A DNA stretch of 63,283 nucleotides, filler included, from Gonapodya sp. JEL0774 (GCA_027604505.1; 51 parts of 51 records of this genome joined end to end with filler, not necessarily neighbours in it), one strand, 5' to 3'. Positions 49,798-62,150 are shown, counted from the whole stretch's first letter. Made by a program: numbers and translations. Notes: generated by a model not told the origin, from the sequence alone.

Positions 49798-50229
49798 TCC
49801 TGCTGTTCCCGTAAGCGCAAGCGATGATCCGATGGCGGGGGAGCCGACGAGGTTTCCACTACGGAGTCGGTCTGGCAAATTGAGGTATTGAGTTTTCATC
49901 AAGGATCGGGCCATCAGATGGTAACAAGGGCTCATGGGATGAGTGACATATCGGCCCTCACCAACCAGTTCCTGATCCTTCGCGGACGCGAGTTTTCTCC
50001 ATTTAAGAATCTTGGTGTTAAGGTATGACACATACGTGAGTGCAAGCAGAGCACATATCACTGTCGTTGCAAGAACGGCTTGCAGATTGGAGGGGGTGCA
50101 GTCGGGACTTGATGAAGAAGCGATGCGCCGGCTATTCCCATTCAAAACAGTGGGGCATATGTACGAAAAGAATGGCTCTGGGAGGAAAGACGCGGCCATT
50201 CTCTGGTTCGTGCTTGGGATTGTGTCCAC
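49798..50229 (-). CDS. Hypothetical single-TM protein, 5' part
   Basis: ORF with hydrophobic AVLATTVICALLALTYVSYL; open to the contig edge. Confidence 0.35.
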
Positions 50230-50424
50230 GGGTGATGATCACAGTACCCACACCAAATAGCTGTTGTTTATAATGTGGGTTCCCTCATACTTGTTACTCC
50301 GACGATGTCAGAAGTATGCACCCACTCAAATCATTGGCCGGTCTCAACTCAGAGCACGTCTAATAAATTCCAACGCCCTGCTACAGGACTAAAGGTTTTT
50401 GCATTCTGTTCAATCAAATCCTCT

Positions 50425-50935
50425 TCACCATTTCGCGGAGTACTTGCGAATTGATTCTCGGAAGGACTCCATGACTGCTTTCGGGTCCTTCACGAGGAGA
50501 GAAAGGTGCGTGTCGCAACGTAAATCGAGACGTCAACCGTTACACGTGAATGCCTCTCCACTCACTTTTGCACCGAATATGCTCGTTCCCGCTACTATAA
50601 CGTTCGCCCCTGCCTCAGCAGCTCGGTCGATGGTGTCCAGGGCAAGGCCCCCGTCCACCTGTATGTCCAGGCTCGGATAGCGACGGCGGATGGAGCGCAC
50701 CTGTAAGAGAACCTTGAGCGGCCTTGGCGCCATGAGTCAAACATCAATGTCCGCCACCACCGACCTTTTCAAGTGGGCCGTCCATGAACTTTTGTCCTCC
50801 AAATCCTGGCTCAACCGTCATTATCAGAACCATGTCCACTTCCTTCAACACCTCATCGGGTAGCGCATCAACGGGGGTACCCGGCTTGAGCGACACACCG
50901 GCACGCATTCCTGATACGTTCCAAACCAACGGTGC
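50425..50935 (-). CDS. RPE1: Ribulose-phosphate 3-epimerase, 3' part
   Basis: [47 protein letters not shown]. Confidence 0.97.
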
Positions 50936-51035
50936 NNNNNNNNNNNNNNNNNNNNNNNNNNNNNNNNNNNNNNNNNNNNTTAATTAATTAANNNNNNNNN
51001 NNNNNNNNNNNNNNNNNNNNNNNNNNNNNNNNNNN

Positions 51036-52154
51036 TCGAACGGCGGCCCTCGCCGATTCGGTGCCAAACCGAAACAAACAATTAATTTTGTCCTCGATCC
51101 TTTTGTCGAGTATACTTTTTTGGTGTACAAGTCTCAGGGTATAGCCCTCGGTCTCATACCGTTTCAGAGATGTCCTTGGGTTGGATTTATTCACCACACT
51201 TTTGCAGACAACTCTCCATTTAGTACATTGCGACTTTTCGACGACGACTACTTTCTAGCATCGTTACCCCGTTGCGGTGCCCTCTTCACCTTCACTGAGC
51301 ACGTTGCTAATCAGATTCGGTCTGGTCTGGTCTACGCAGCCAGGCGAATAGCGGCAAGCGGTGATCCTCGCGGACTACCATACATTCCAGTTATCGTGGT
51401 AAGACATCCGACTGATTGCACCGTGGAATCATGGTCGATGACAAAGTTTGTTACTAACCCCTTGCAACGACTTGTTCAAGTTGGATCGTGGCAAAGAAAT
51501 CCGGTCGCTTTGTACGCTCTTCAAAACATTCGATTCGTCAAAACGGTGCTCCGAGGAAAACATATGCAGGACATGGCACATCCGGAAAACGCTCGAGAAT
51601 TGCTGCAGATGGCACTCTCGGGCGATACGATTCCCACACCCGACCAAGAACAATATTGTGAGGATCCGACCGACGTACATGGTACGTCTCCAAGCTTTCC
51701 ACCGCCTTGCCGTGACCCAGACGCACTGACATGGATTCGGTGGATCCGTGAGGCTGTGAAATGGGTGTCGCAAGAACTCATAACAATGGAGGATTTGGTG
51801 AAAGCAACCTCTGACGTCGACGTCTTGGATTGGCACAGCGATCAGCAATATGATGCCCTTCTGACAAAGAACATCGTTTTCCTCAATCTTGAGAGCGCCA
51901 ACGCAGTGAATGCAGTAAATGACGCTGTTGTGCGTACCACTCCACTCATTGTGAATCGTTTACCAGCTTTAGAAGAGGTGCTTGGAAAGCATTACCCTGG
52001 TTTCTACGATGATCTCAGTGGCGTTCCTTCAAAATTAGAGCTTGCATCCATTGAGAACATCCACAAGTATCTTTGCGCTCTCGACAAGCGCTTCCTGCAA
52101 GCGGAAAAATTCGCCGGTGACGTAATATCTGTTCTTCGCCGACTCGGCGCGTGA
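51036..52154 (+). CDS. Intronless giant-virus-like putative glycosyltransferase-fold protein (5' partial)
   Basis: Open from the contig edge for 372 codons; motifs LDPFVEYTF, PWVGFIHHTF, RHPT, QVGSWQRN, YDALLTKNIVFLNLESANAVNAV, RTTPLIVNRLPALEEVLGKHYPGFY. Confidence 0.7.
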   Translation, partial: SNGGPRRFGAKPKQTINFVLDPFVEYTFLVYKSQGIALGLIPFQRCPWVGFIHHTFADNSPFSTLRLFDDDYFLASLPRCGALFTFTEHVANQIRSGLVYAARRIAASGDPRGLPYIPVIVVRHPTDCTVESWSMTKFVTNPLQRLVQVGSWQRNPVALYALQNIRFVKTVLRGKHMQDMAHPENARELLQMALSGDTIPTPDQEQYCEDPTDVHGTSPSFPPPCRDPDALTWIRWIREAVKWVSQELITMEDLVKATSDVDVLDWHSDQQYDALLTKNIVFLNLESANAVNAVNDAVVRTTPLIVNRLPALEEVLGKHYPGFYDDLSGVPSKLELASIENIHKYLCALDKRFLQAEKFAGDVISVLRRLGA

Positions 52155-52531
52155 TTCACTCCAAGAAAAAAANNNNNNNNNNNNNNNNNNNNNNNNNNNN
52201 NNNNNNNNNNNNNNNNTTAATTAATTAANNNNNNNNNNNNNNNNNNNNNNNNNNNNNNNNNNNNNNNNNNNNTTCTCCTAATGGCGTCCGATGTTGGCCA
52301 ACGGTCAAAGACGCGGAGGACGCAAATGAATCAGAGTAAGAAATAGACGTTGCAGTAACGCTCATTTTAGCTTCATCCGCAGCCGGTTTGAGAAAACACC
52401 GTTATTGGTGTATGTACATATGCATTTGCTCCGAAGCACTAGTCGCGGACACGCGACTGGCGACGTACGAAATGCAAGCACGTCAAAAAAAGGTTGTGTC
52501 ACGACATTATGTAAATAGAAGTATTTTAACA

Positions 52532-53409
52532 TCATGGTGACGGTAAATTATCCTCGGCCGGCATTGGCTCGTTGTCAGTTGCCTCTTGGTCCATTCCACT
52601 TCCCAGACTCTGTACGAGATCCGGGCTCGGGGGTTGGCCTTGATCTTGGTCGTAGTTCATCAGCTCCTCCACCTTCGCAAAATATTCTGCATGTACGGCT
52701 TCCTGCACAAGCGCATCACTATCCGAATTCACTACATCCATTGATTGCAGTGTCCGTAGAGCTTCAGATGTTCGTGCTGGGGAGACCGTATGCATGTCAT
52801 CGGGCCCCAAAGCAAGGTTCGCCAGAGACAATTGTGAGTGTTGGCGGGAGTGCGCAGGCTGATCGAGATCACTACTGAGCAAAATGGCAAGAATGTTAGT
52901 GGCATCCCGCTCTTGAGAGCGGCGCGTTGGTTCGTTCCGGCCAGTTGTTGGGAGTTCGTGAGAACGAAACGATTGGGCGGTTGTAGACCGCTGCTCCCTG
53001 ACCTTCAGTCTTTCGACTCCATGTTGGTCCTTCATTTCACTCGTTGTAAAGCGCGGTGCTTCGTTTGAGTCGTTCTCTGTCTTAATTCGCAGCATCTGGT
53101 GGGGGTTTTGGAAGGGGCTCCGAAGTCCTTCCTCATGTCGTTCCTTCGCAGCAACCTCACGGGCCTGTCGTTCCGCCTCAAAGCGCTGGATAGCAGAGCC
53201 TGCTGACTTTAGCTTCATTTGAAGAACAGTCGCTAGCTCTTGACCCACAAGCTGTGATGGCTGTGAGGGGCCGGTTGGGGATGATATACGTGCACTGGCA
53301 GACGATGTGCTTTGTAACTTGTCACTCGATATATGCGCCTTCCCTATCGGCGACTGAGCAGTAAGTGAGTGAGCGACACTAGAAGGTGATGGTGCAGTAA
53401 CATATGAAC
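52532..53409 (-). CDS. Hypothetical low-complexity protein, last exon
   Basis: Long open frame ending at stop 52532; no recognised domain. Confidence 0.5.
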
Positions 53410-53509
53410 NNNNNNNNNNNNNNNNNNNNNNNNNNNNNNNNNNNNNNNNNNNNTTAATTAATTAANNNNNNNNNNNNNNNNNNNNNNNNNNNNNNNNNNN
53501 NNNNNNNNN

Positions 53510-54568
53510 ACTTTGTTCAAAGTCCAGTCCCGTCCAATCCAGTGTCCTGTGATGGCAGCAAATGCGTAACGTCCATCCCGGGATGTCCACATGTCTGTTG
53601 TTATTCCCATGCGCGAGCAGTCGTCCTGTAATGTCAAGATTTCAAATGGCTATCTTGCAAGTCGTAAACGAAGGGACAACTCACCGATAGGAAATTGTTG
53701 ATGACAGCCTCCAGCCTTTGGAGCTCCAACCGGGCATCCAGGCGAATCATGTCTGCTGACAGACTTGGCAGGTCTGGGTTGACCGTGCGGAGTAGCCGCA
53801 GAAACCACTCGTTCGAGGGTTCTGTGAGCGGCTGGTCTGAGGTGGCGACCCAATCCAACATGGCGTCCCGAAAAAGAGCTGCGTCAAAGCTCTGTGGAGA
53901 GAAAAAGATCTCATTGTAGGGGGCTATGAGTCAGTGGAGAAGGAAAACAAGGACTTACTGGTGATTCCCGTTTCCGCTTCATATCTATGAGTGTGAGCTG
54001 TCCCGCCCCCGGATTCTTTTGGTGTTCCAGTCGCTTGAGGGTTTCTGGATCCTTGATGGTGTCCAAATGGAAGGCAATGGTGTGGGCAATGAGTGTTGAG
54101 GTTGAGTTGTTCTTGGTCATGTCGTATCTTGCCCAAGGCACAAGGATTAGCGATTTATGCTGGATTCCAGCAAAGGCAACAGAACTTACATAGCTCCCTT
54201 GCATCTGTTCTCGCCCACCTGGAGGCAGACTGCCCTCTTCCGTGATCCCCACTCCTGTTTTTGGAAGTGTCCGTAGGTGAAAACCCAAGATTCCTTCCGC
54301 CGGATTGAAGCTGCACGATGGGCAGGTGCCCAAGCCTCCGCAAGGGCTGGGGGTGTTGCAGATGGTTGCGAGTTGCTGGCATTGGCGTTGGAAGCCAAAG
54401 CCATGTGGGCAGGGGGTGTTCGGTTTGAGCGAGTTGAACGAGCATACTCGCGAGTTTTACAAATTACAACTCGCTACTCGCTCAATTGATATAAACCCAA
54501 CTCGCTCACAACTCGCGAGTTCCAACTCGCCGAGTTGGCGATTTTCAACTCGCTCGCTCATAGCTTTA
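53510..54568 (-). mobile_element. hAT DNA transposon, left end and 5' half of spliced transposase
   Basis: BED-like region (SWVF..HF...AVCL...C...STSTLIAH), WVATSDQPL, ITTDMWTS...FAAITGHWI; clustered AACTCGC subterminal repeats at about 54425-54560. Confidence 0.9.
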
Positions 54569-54745
54569 GATGCGTACGAACGCAACCACCCCCGTCCGGA
54601 CGGGAAGATCCTTACGCGCCGCGCTCGCCGTAGAGGATTCGCACANNNNNNNNNNNNNNNNNNNNNNNNNNNNNNNNNNNNNNNNNNNNTTAATTAATTA
54701 ANNNNNNNNNNNNNNNNNNNNNNNNNNNNNNNNNNNNNNNNNNNN

Positions 54746-55036
54746 TCCTCCCACCAAGCCCAACTCTTCTCCATCATCGCCCTCGTCGAGAATTTGTTCG
54801 GCATCCTGTGCCCACCGCTCGTCGGAGCCATCTACGGGTGGCTCGTGGAACGCCAGCTGGAGCACTGGGTGTTTGGCCTGTTCGCCGCCGTGCTGGGCGG
54901 GGCGGGAGTCTTGGCAATGTGCGTCAAGAGGGATATGGTGGAGCGGAGTAGGGCAGGGTGGTCCAAGGAGGATCTGGCGGGAGAGATGGACGAAGAGGAG
55001 ACGGACGAGGTGGCGCGAGATGGGGTGAACGTGTGA
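54746..55036 (+). CDS. MFS-type membrane transporter C-terminus
   Basis: QLFSIIALVENLFGILCPPLVGAIYGWLV...VFGLFAAVLGGAGVLAMCV. Confidence 0.6.
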   Translation, partial: SSHQAQLFSIIALVENLFGILCPPLVGAIYGWLVERQLEHWVFGLFAAVLGGAGVLAMCVKRDMVERSRAGWSKEDLAGEMDEEETDEVARDGVNV

Positions 55037-56762
55037 GGGTGCCCTTTGAACCGCGTGTGTACGTTGGGTATCCGGTGGACGGTGGACGGTGGTGCGGGCG
55101 ATTCGCTGAATGATGGGATCCACCACAGATTATTAATTGGATGGCGTGCAACGTAATGTATCAGTAGGAAACAAGAGGTGTGGTACGTATCACCTCCGTC
55201 TGATTCAAAAGTGTAATTTGTACGTATATATATGTAAATACTGAGCGTGTTTGGTCATTCGAATCCGTGTCTTTCATCACTCGAATTTAAACTCGATCGC
55301 GAGACGAATTGAATTGTGTGGAGAACGGGTTTTTACCGTCAAAACATCGCACAAACACAAAACAAAACCGACATCAATACTGCCAGAAAAACTACGGCAT
55401 GCACCGTCCGGCCTCCGATCTGACTCGCAAATCAATATCAAAACTCCCGTTGTGAAATACCCTGCTTGTCAACGGTAGCTGCCTACAAATTCTGGGGTTG
55501 GCGTTCTGAATTACTCTGATCCCATAAGTAACGACGGACGCAAGTCCAACATGTACCAATTCTGTCAACATAAAATACAAGTCTCCCGTCCAGTGCTTCG
55601 TCACCACCTGCGCCGTGAAAAGGGTGCCACGTAAGGCCCCGACAAGAACTCCCTCCACGAAACTTGCTGATCGTCTCGGATAGGCGCACATCCTCCAATC
55701 GTAACAACTTCTGATCTGACCTGTCCAACAGCTGGTTGTTCCCCGTCCTCATTCCCCTGTACAACAGCTCCGTGTTCCCTATCAACATCTTTCTGCGCAA
55801 CAGCTCCGGGTTCCCCGTTCACAGCGGTACTGTCTTGCCACCTAAAGAACAGCTGGAGGGGAGTTGGTCGCTGAGCTATCNNNNNNNNNNNNNNNNNNNN
55901 NNNNNNNNNNNNNNNNNNNNNNNNTTAATTAATTAANNNNNNNNNNNNNNNNNNNNNNNNNNNNNNNNNNNNNNNNNNNNCGCTCGGTGGTTGGAATATT
56001 TAGACGTTCACTGACATGCAATGTTTTGATTGAAATGAGAATGATGGAACCGATACAACGTGATCACCGGTGGTGGTACCGGGACGTACGTCCAGCAGAC
56101 CTTGATGTGTACAAGGGAGGGGGGGGAGGGTGGGGGAAGTATCTGCAGCTTGAGGATTCAGAACAACTACGCAGACAGAAAATGGTGGACTTGATTTGGA
56201 TGCGAGGGGTGCCAGCGGGATGAAGCTGGGACTAGGGAGTGGGTGGGGCGATTCTGTCTGCACCTCTGCATTCACGCGAATGTTCGAGAGGAAACTGATA
56301 TCATACACGAAATTGAAGATGACAGGCGTGCACTACGAACGGAATCAACCAACACTATTGAAATTTAGTCGAGCCGCCAAAGCCATGTCTCAGCTGATGG
56401 AATAGATGCTTTTGTGACTCCGCGGGATCGAAATAACAGACATGGGAGTTGAGAAGGTGTGAAGAACTTGGCGAATACGCCACACCATTGAATAGCTATA
56501 TAGTCTACTTTGCTCATTTGCGGGGGGGTGTTTTTGGTCAATACTGCAGGTGGTTTGCACCATATGCAGACTGTAAGATGCCATCCGCAGCAAAGTGAGC
56601 CTTTGATGAATTACACTGACGCTGATAGGGCGAGCTGGTTCTTTGTATCGCGTTTTCTCAAATTTATTCTTGCGTTCATGTCAGATTGTCGGATCGACCT
56701 TGCGAATCCCGATCACTGCACCGACCAGGGTTCCGATCGCGATCCCCGCACCGCTCCTGTCC

Positions 56763-57115
56763 ATGTCCACCCCCTCCCCTCTTCCTTTCGCGCCATCATA
56801 TCAACCGCCGTTCACCTACGCTGGCGTCGTCGTGCATCAGCACGTGTGTCCCTCGTCGGATGCGGGTTGCAAGATCGTCGTGGAAGCGTACACTCTTCCA
56901 GGACGGACAGAAGGGCCGGGCGTGAGTTGCTCGGAACGATGCGCGGGATGATTTATCTTTTTCGAATGATGTGACCCCGTGTGTCGTGGCGGCCTTTGGG
57001 AATACTCAGTATCCAGGTCCGGCCAAGGTGAATCTGGTGCTGACGCATCCGAACGGGGTCGGAAAGGGGCCATGGAGGATCGTGGTGAAGAAGTTTCTGG
57101 ACATGTTGTCCGATC
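56763..57115 (+). CDS. Probable alpha/beta hydrolase, 5' part
   Basis: MSTPSP...KIVVEAY|...VNLVLTHPNGVGKGPWRIVV resembles the N-terminal H-x-NG motif of abhydrolases. Confidence 0.45.
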
Positions 57116-57299
57116 NNNNNNNNNNNNNNNNNNNNNNNNNNNNNNNNNNNNNNNNNNNNTTAATTAATTAANNNNNNNNNNNNNNNNNNNNNNNNNNNNN
57201 NNNNNNNNNNNNNNNGGTCGACTCTCGGAATCTGCCACACTCACTCCGACGTGGTCGAGCTCCCGACCCACCGGTACTGTACCGCATTCCCCTTACACA

Positions 57300-57878
57300 C
57301 CAGATTCCGTCGCCACTCCCCAGACCGCATCTGCCATTGTGTCAACTCCTTCCGACGCCTCGTTTACCTCACAACCGCCTTCGTCGAACTTGACGCTGTC
57401 TGGGTCACTGGCACAGAGCGAGACTCTGCCCTCGTGGGCGAGCACCCACTCTTCCCTGCTCGGCTCCGAACTCACAAGCGATGCTGCGTCTTCAGAGTTT
57501 CTTTCGGAGGGCATGACCTCACCTGGCGGTGAATCTACACCGTCCCCGGAAGAGGCACCCGCGACTGCCGGCTCTACCTCCCTCCAGTACACGAAGTCCT
57601 TTGTTCTCAATCACCTCCCCTCCACATTCCTCCCGGGCTGGAACCCAGGATCCCCGCAGACTGTCGCCGCCGCCTACCGCCGTGCCATGGACGCGTCACG
57701 GCCCGTTTCGGTGTACTCGCCGATGGCGGGTCCGTTGCGGAAAGAAGAACCCATGAAAGAACGTAAGCCCGCTGTGCGGTTTGCGTCAGAGGTGGCGGTG
57801 AAGACGTTTGAAAAGGGACAAATTATGAGCGGAAGTTTGGGCGTAGTGGTTGACGCGCCGGAAGCTGGTGAAGATTAA
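57300..57878 (+). CDS. Ser/Pro-rich hypothetical protein, last exon
   Basis: Open frame to stop 57878; KPAVRF is an RVxF-like motif. Confidence 0.45.
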   Translation, partial: PDSVATPQTASAIVSTPSDASFTSQPPSSNLTLSGSLAQSETLPSWASTHSSLLGSELTSDAASSEFLSEGMTSPGGESTPSPEEAPATAGSTSLQYTKSFVLNHLPSTFLPGWNPGSPQTVAAAYRRAMDASRPVSVYSPMAGPLRKEEPMKERKPAVRFASEVAVKTFEKGQIMSGSLGVVVDAPEAGED

Positions 57879-58449
57879 GAATGGGTGATGTATGTGTTAG
57901 ACTTCATTCTTTGAGTCGAGGGAAATCAATACCCGAGGATTATATTTAGCATCAGTCCTCATCCCCTAATTTGTATTGGTCTTGAACTCTGATGGATAAT
58001 GGATATTCCTTTTTGCACCACAGCGTCTATGATTCGAGCACAGCGCGGCGAAATCAGGGCAAAGACGGTGTATTTATTTGACATGTGTTCATGGAATTAT
58101 AATAATCGCTGGCAATGCGTGCGACACACAACGCCCACATTGCTCACACCTCTATATACTCTCCCAAAACCCCAGGGTGATCAGGAGGATTATGACAATT
58201 GGCATCCCATACCTCTTCAACTGTCCATAGAGTGATCTGACCATCTTCCGTGAAAGGGAAGTCAAGTGTATTGGTGTCCGAGGTCAGACGGAACTCTTTG
58301 CGGCTGATGATGTCCGATGGGCGCACGTCTTTGACAGTGCCAGTAAAACNNNNNNNNNNNNNNNNNNNNNNNNNNNNNNNNNNNNNNNNNNNNTTAATTA
58401 ATTAANNNNNNNNNNNNNNNNNNNNNNNNNNNNNNNNNNNNNNNNNNNN

Positions 58450-58951
58450 ATGATGACCGTTTTGTGCATAACGGTCCAACAGGTATCGGTGCCGGTCAAA
58501 CATTCCAGACCTCCCTCGGTACGTGCATTCTGTTGTTGGGCACTGACTGGCTTGTAACACATACCGCCCTCACTTTCCTGCCACACTACGCACAGTCGCT
58601 GCTCAGTCTTCGGTTGCACGCCCCGATATCGCAGTCGTCACGGGTCTGCGGAACTTTTGTCGCATAATCGGAGGCACCTTTGGGATTGCCATCTCCGGCG
58701 CAATCCTCAATAACGCGCTCGTCCAACGTCTCGCTAGCGCACCACTCGAACTCTCAAGAGATTCGATCGAGCAGATCGTTGTGACGGGAACCAACATACC
58801 CAGTATCGTAGGAGCCGACAAGTTGGACGATGTGCTTGCGGCGTATGAAGGGTCGTTGCAGAGTGTTTATTTGTTCTTCATTCCTTGCACGGCACTGTGT
58901 GCGGTCTTAGTCATCACGTTAATGCAGCAACATCAATTGAGTTCGAAGTAG
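58450..58951 (+). CDS. MFS drug:H+ antiporter (DHA2-like), 3' part
   Basis: GIGAGQTFQTSL|VAAQSSVARPDIAVVTGLRNFCRIIGGTFGIAISGAILNN...AAYEGSLQSVYLFFIP. Confidence 0.9.
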
Positions 58952-59683
58952 ATCGATCTGACAACATCGGCAAATATTTTGTCAGGGAATGTATTATAGT
59001 CAATAGTAGGTGCTCGTAGGGGCGGTTCTACTGGCAATCGAGTCGAACAACCAAAATGTATTTCATGCTCGAGTGTAAAATCCAAAGAGTGAATATGTCG
59101 GAGGAGCCTATACTACGCCCTCCCACCCGCGAGGAGCATATACTACGCCCTCGTCTTACGGATTTCTCTTTTGCTTTTTCGGGTTACTAGGACAACACGA
59201 AAATAAGGCAAGCAACTATGCGGCATTGTTCAAAACTGAGATAGCAGGGAGCGAACGGGCAAGTCTAAACTTCGAGAAGACGTATGGGTATCCACTCTGA
59301 ATGAGAAACCAAATAAAGTAGAGTGCGTTTACCGATTGGTACATCGGAGAGGTATTGAGGACAGTGCATTGAGCACAGCATCCGAAATATGACGTACCTG
59401 GTACCAGTTTCGGAAACTGCGTCGTCCAGCGATCCTCGCGTGAGTCGCCCAGCTGGCGCCAAGTACAACATTGTGCTTGCCGTCGAAAAAGTCCGCGGAG
59501 TATCCCGGATAACGAGGATCAGAGGTGAATCCGGGCAGGCCCTCAAACACAGTGGAAGTGAGCTCCCATCCGGACGAAAGCAGNNNNNNNNNNNNNNNNN
59601 NNNNNNNNNNNNNNNNNNNNNNNNNNNTTAATTAATTAANNNNNNNNNNNNNNNNNNNNNNNNNNNNNNNNNNNNNNNNNNNN

Positions 59684-60817
59684 CCTCCACTCCACGCTCC
59701 CCACGCCCGAGATCCCCAGCTCCGTTTCCCCCCGTCTCTGCACCCCTCTCCACACGGGCCCTGTCCGACAGGTGCAGGGTCCCGTCACCGGCCCCGTCAC
59801 CAACCACACCAACCGATGGGAGACCGTGCTCGGCTTCAAGTGGTTCTGCGGCGGCGGGGAGGGAGGGGGAGGCGGAGGCGGGGGTGGTGTCGTGCGGGTC
59901 GTGGTGCATGGCCACACCATCACCATCCACATTCTCCCAACGCTCGCCGTCCCCTTCCCCACCTCCCCCGCCGGCACTCGACAACGCCACCGCCAGTGCC
60001 GCCAAGTCCCGCAAGTCAGAGTGGATGTTCGGGGCCACGTCCACGTCCACGGCCACGGCCACCGCATCTCGCTCCGGCTCATCCACATCCACATCCACAG
60101 CCTCAACGGGTCCCCCATCCACAGCTTCGGGGAGCGGGAGTTCGGGAACCGGGTATGGCGAGGGCGGCGGTGTCCCATCATCACCGTCGGCGTCGGCGTC
60201 CTCGCGTCCGGCTCGGTCCACGTGCAAGCGATCCTCCTCCACGCGCCCACTCGGGGCACCCACACCCTCCCCGTGCTGTCCGTCTGCCTCTTCACCACCA
60301 CCATATGCGCCACCGTGTCCCGATTCCCGCTCGGCCACCGAGTTCTCTGCTGCGCTCCCCGCCGGTGATCCGGACAGGGTCAGGGAGAGCGGAAGTGATG
60401 GCAGCGGGGGAACGAGAGAGAGGGGGCGGGGTGGGGGGCGGTGGTGGAGGTAGAGCTGCGTGTGGGTGGGGGTGGGGGAAGCAGGGGTCCGGTGAGGAGA
60501 TCGGGGACACTCAAACACACGCAAACACACAACCCCAACAGGGAATACCAAAACTCGTGCGATTGTGGTGGGGTCATATGGGACTCAAAGTATCCTCCAC
60601 CTTCGCACCTCCTCAAGCTACTCACGCTTTCCCGCCGCGGCAGTTCGGCCCGGTCGAGCACAGTGGAGGCACCTCCGATCACATTTCCCTCCACGGCCCC
60701 CTCAAAAGTCGACGTGGGCCTGCCAGTGCCAGTGCCAGGCCCGGGGCTCGAGTGGCGGATACTGGCCGTGCGGTGGGGGAGGGGGAATGGGGTGGTGGGG
60801 AGGGCGAGGTGGAACGG
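59684..60817 (-). CDS. Acidic low-complexity hypothetical protein (internal fragment)
   Basis: Minus frame 59684-60455 is D/E/G/V-rich with an upstream exon; plus-strand ORFs look like antisense shadows. Confidence 0.5.
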
Positions 60818-60917
60818 NNNNNNNNNNNNNNNNNNNNNNNNNNNNNNNNNNNNNNNNNNNNTTAATTAATTAANNNNNNNNNNNNNNNNNNNNNNNNNNN
60901 NNNNNNNNNNNNNNNNN

Positions 60918-62050
60918 AATCAGGGGATGGGGTGGCTGTGTGAGGTAGGGCAGCGCCTGGTGATTGGTATGTCGCTATGACATTCCTCCGCCTGTTTCTT
61001 GAATTCTGAATGGACTCGATGGTTGTCTGGTTCGTGGCAAGCAGACGCATGTGAAGAACGACAAAAAGGGAAAGTGACTATGTGCAAAACAAACAGGAAT
61101 GCAATTATTAATGGAAGAGCAATCTTGCCATTGCATAGCGGCACTCACTAGCCCGAACACTGATGAAAACAGCAACAACATCAACCATTGGGCATCAAAA
61201 ATAGCGTAGACCTGTGCAAAAGAGACCGCATCGATGTAAGCAGATGCAACCATGTTGCGAATAAGGACGTACAATGCCGTTCGGTTCTGCCAAGAGATTG
61301 ATAAGGACCCATAAAACCACAGCGAACGAGCTCCAGCAATATAGCAATCCGTAGAACAGAAATTGTAAGAAGAATCGGTAGTTGCCCCAGCCAACGCAGT
61401 TATTGATCCAAGGACAGTGCTATGTTTCCAGACGTACGTCCGTCAGCAGCAATGTTACGTTGCGCTCGATCGCCAAGTCTTTGCTCACATGATCCATTTT
61501 CATTACGCATCTCCCACACACGGAGCAGTGATGTGTTCTGTCCGGTTTCGGAGCGCGGCATTTGCCGCAATAGCGCGCTCTTCCGTTGTGCTTGCGCTCG
61601 AAAGTTTGCACGTCATCTGAAACCGAGAGGACGGTATGAGGCACTCGAGGAGCATCGTTGTGTATGCTTGCAGACGTGAGACTAGAGAGAGTTTCCTCCG
61701 TGCTTGACACTTCGGACAAGAACGGGACGGTTACCGGATCAATAGAGTGGTCGAAGTCTTCTGTCAGTTCCTCTATACTTGAGCCCTGCATAGTGCCATG
61801 GAATTGCGTTTCTCCTGATTCTTGAGGTCGGTGGACTTCGTTGGGCAGCATAGAAACATCTTGTCGTTCCACCTGGGGATCGTCGCGTTCCCCGTATAGG
61901 TAATATCCCGGGTTTGCCGAGACCACTCGAAAATAGGAGAGCGAAAACATCAGCGCAACAATGTGCAGCCATGCTCCGAGAAGGATTGAGATGGCGAGTG
62001 ACCTTGGGAGGATGTACACTGCATTTATGAACACCGATCGTAAGCTCCAT
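60918..62050 (-). CDS. DHHC palmitoyltransferase (Pfa3/ZDHHC2-like), internal fragment
   Basis: [57 protein letters not shown]. Confidence 0.96.
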
Positions 62051-62150
62051 NNNNNNNNNNNNNNNNNNNNNNNNNNNNNNNNNNNNNNNNNNNNTTAATT
62101 AATTAANNNNNNNNNNNNNNNNNNNNNNNNNNNNNNNNNNNNNNNNNNNN

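Noticed and set aside
49798..54645. Apparent association of the viral-like gene with RPE1 and a hAT transposon
   Set aside because: They lie on separate contigs placed together only by length sorting
59101..59152. Mini CRISPR array
   Set aside because: Only two repeats with an 8-bp gap, eukaryotic context, no cas genes
59772..60865. Multiple long overlapping plus-strand ORFs suggesting dual coding
   Set aside because: GC-rich low-complexity sequence lacks stops by chance; these are antisense shadows of the minus-strand gene
1197..62106. Regularly spaced TTAATTAATTAA palindrome as a CRISPR-like or biological repeat array
   Set aside because: Always embedded in exactly 44+44 Ns; it is a synthetic six-frame-stop contig linker
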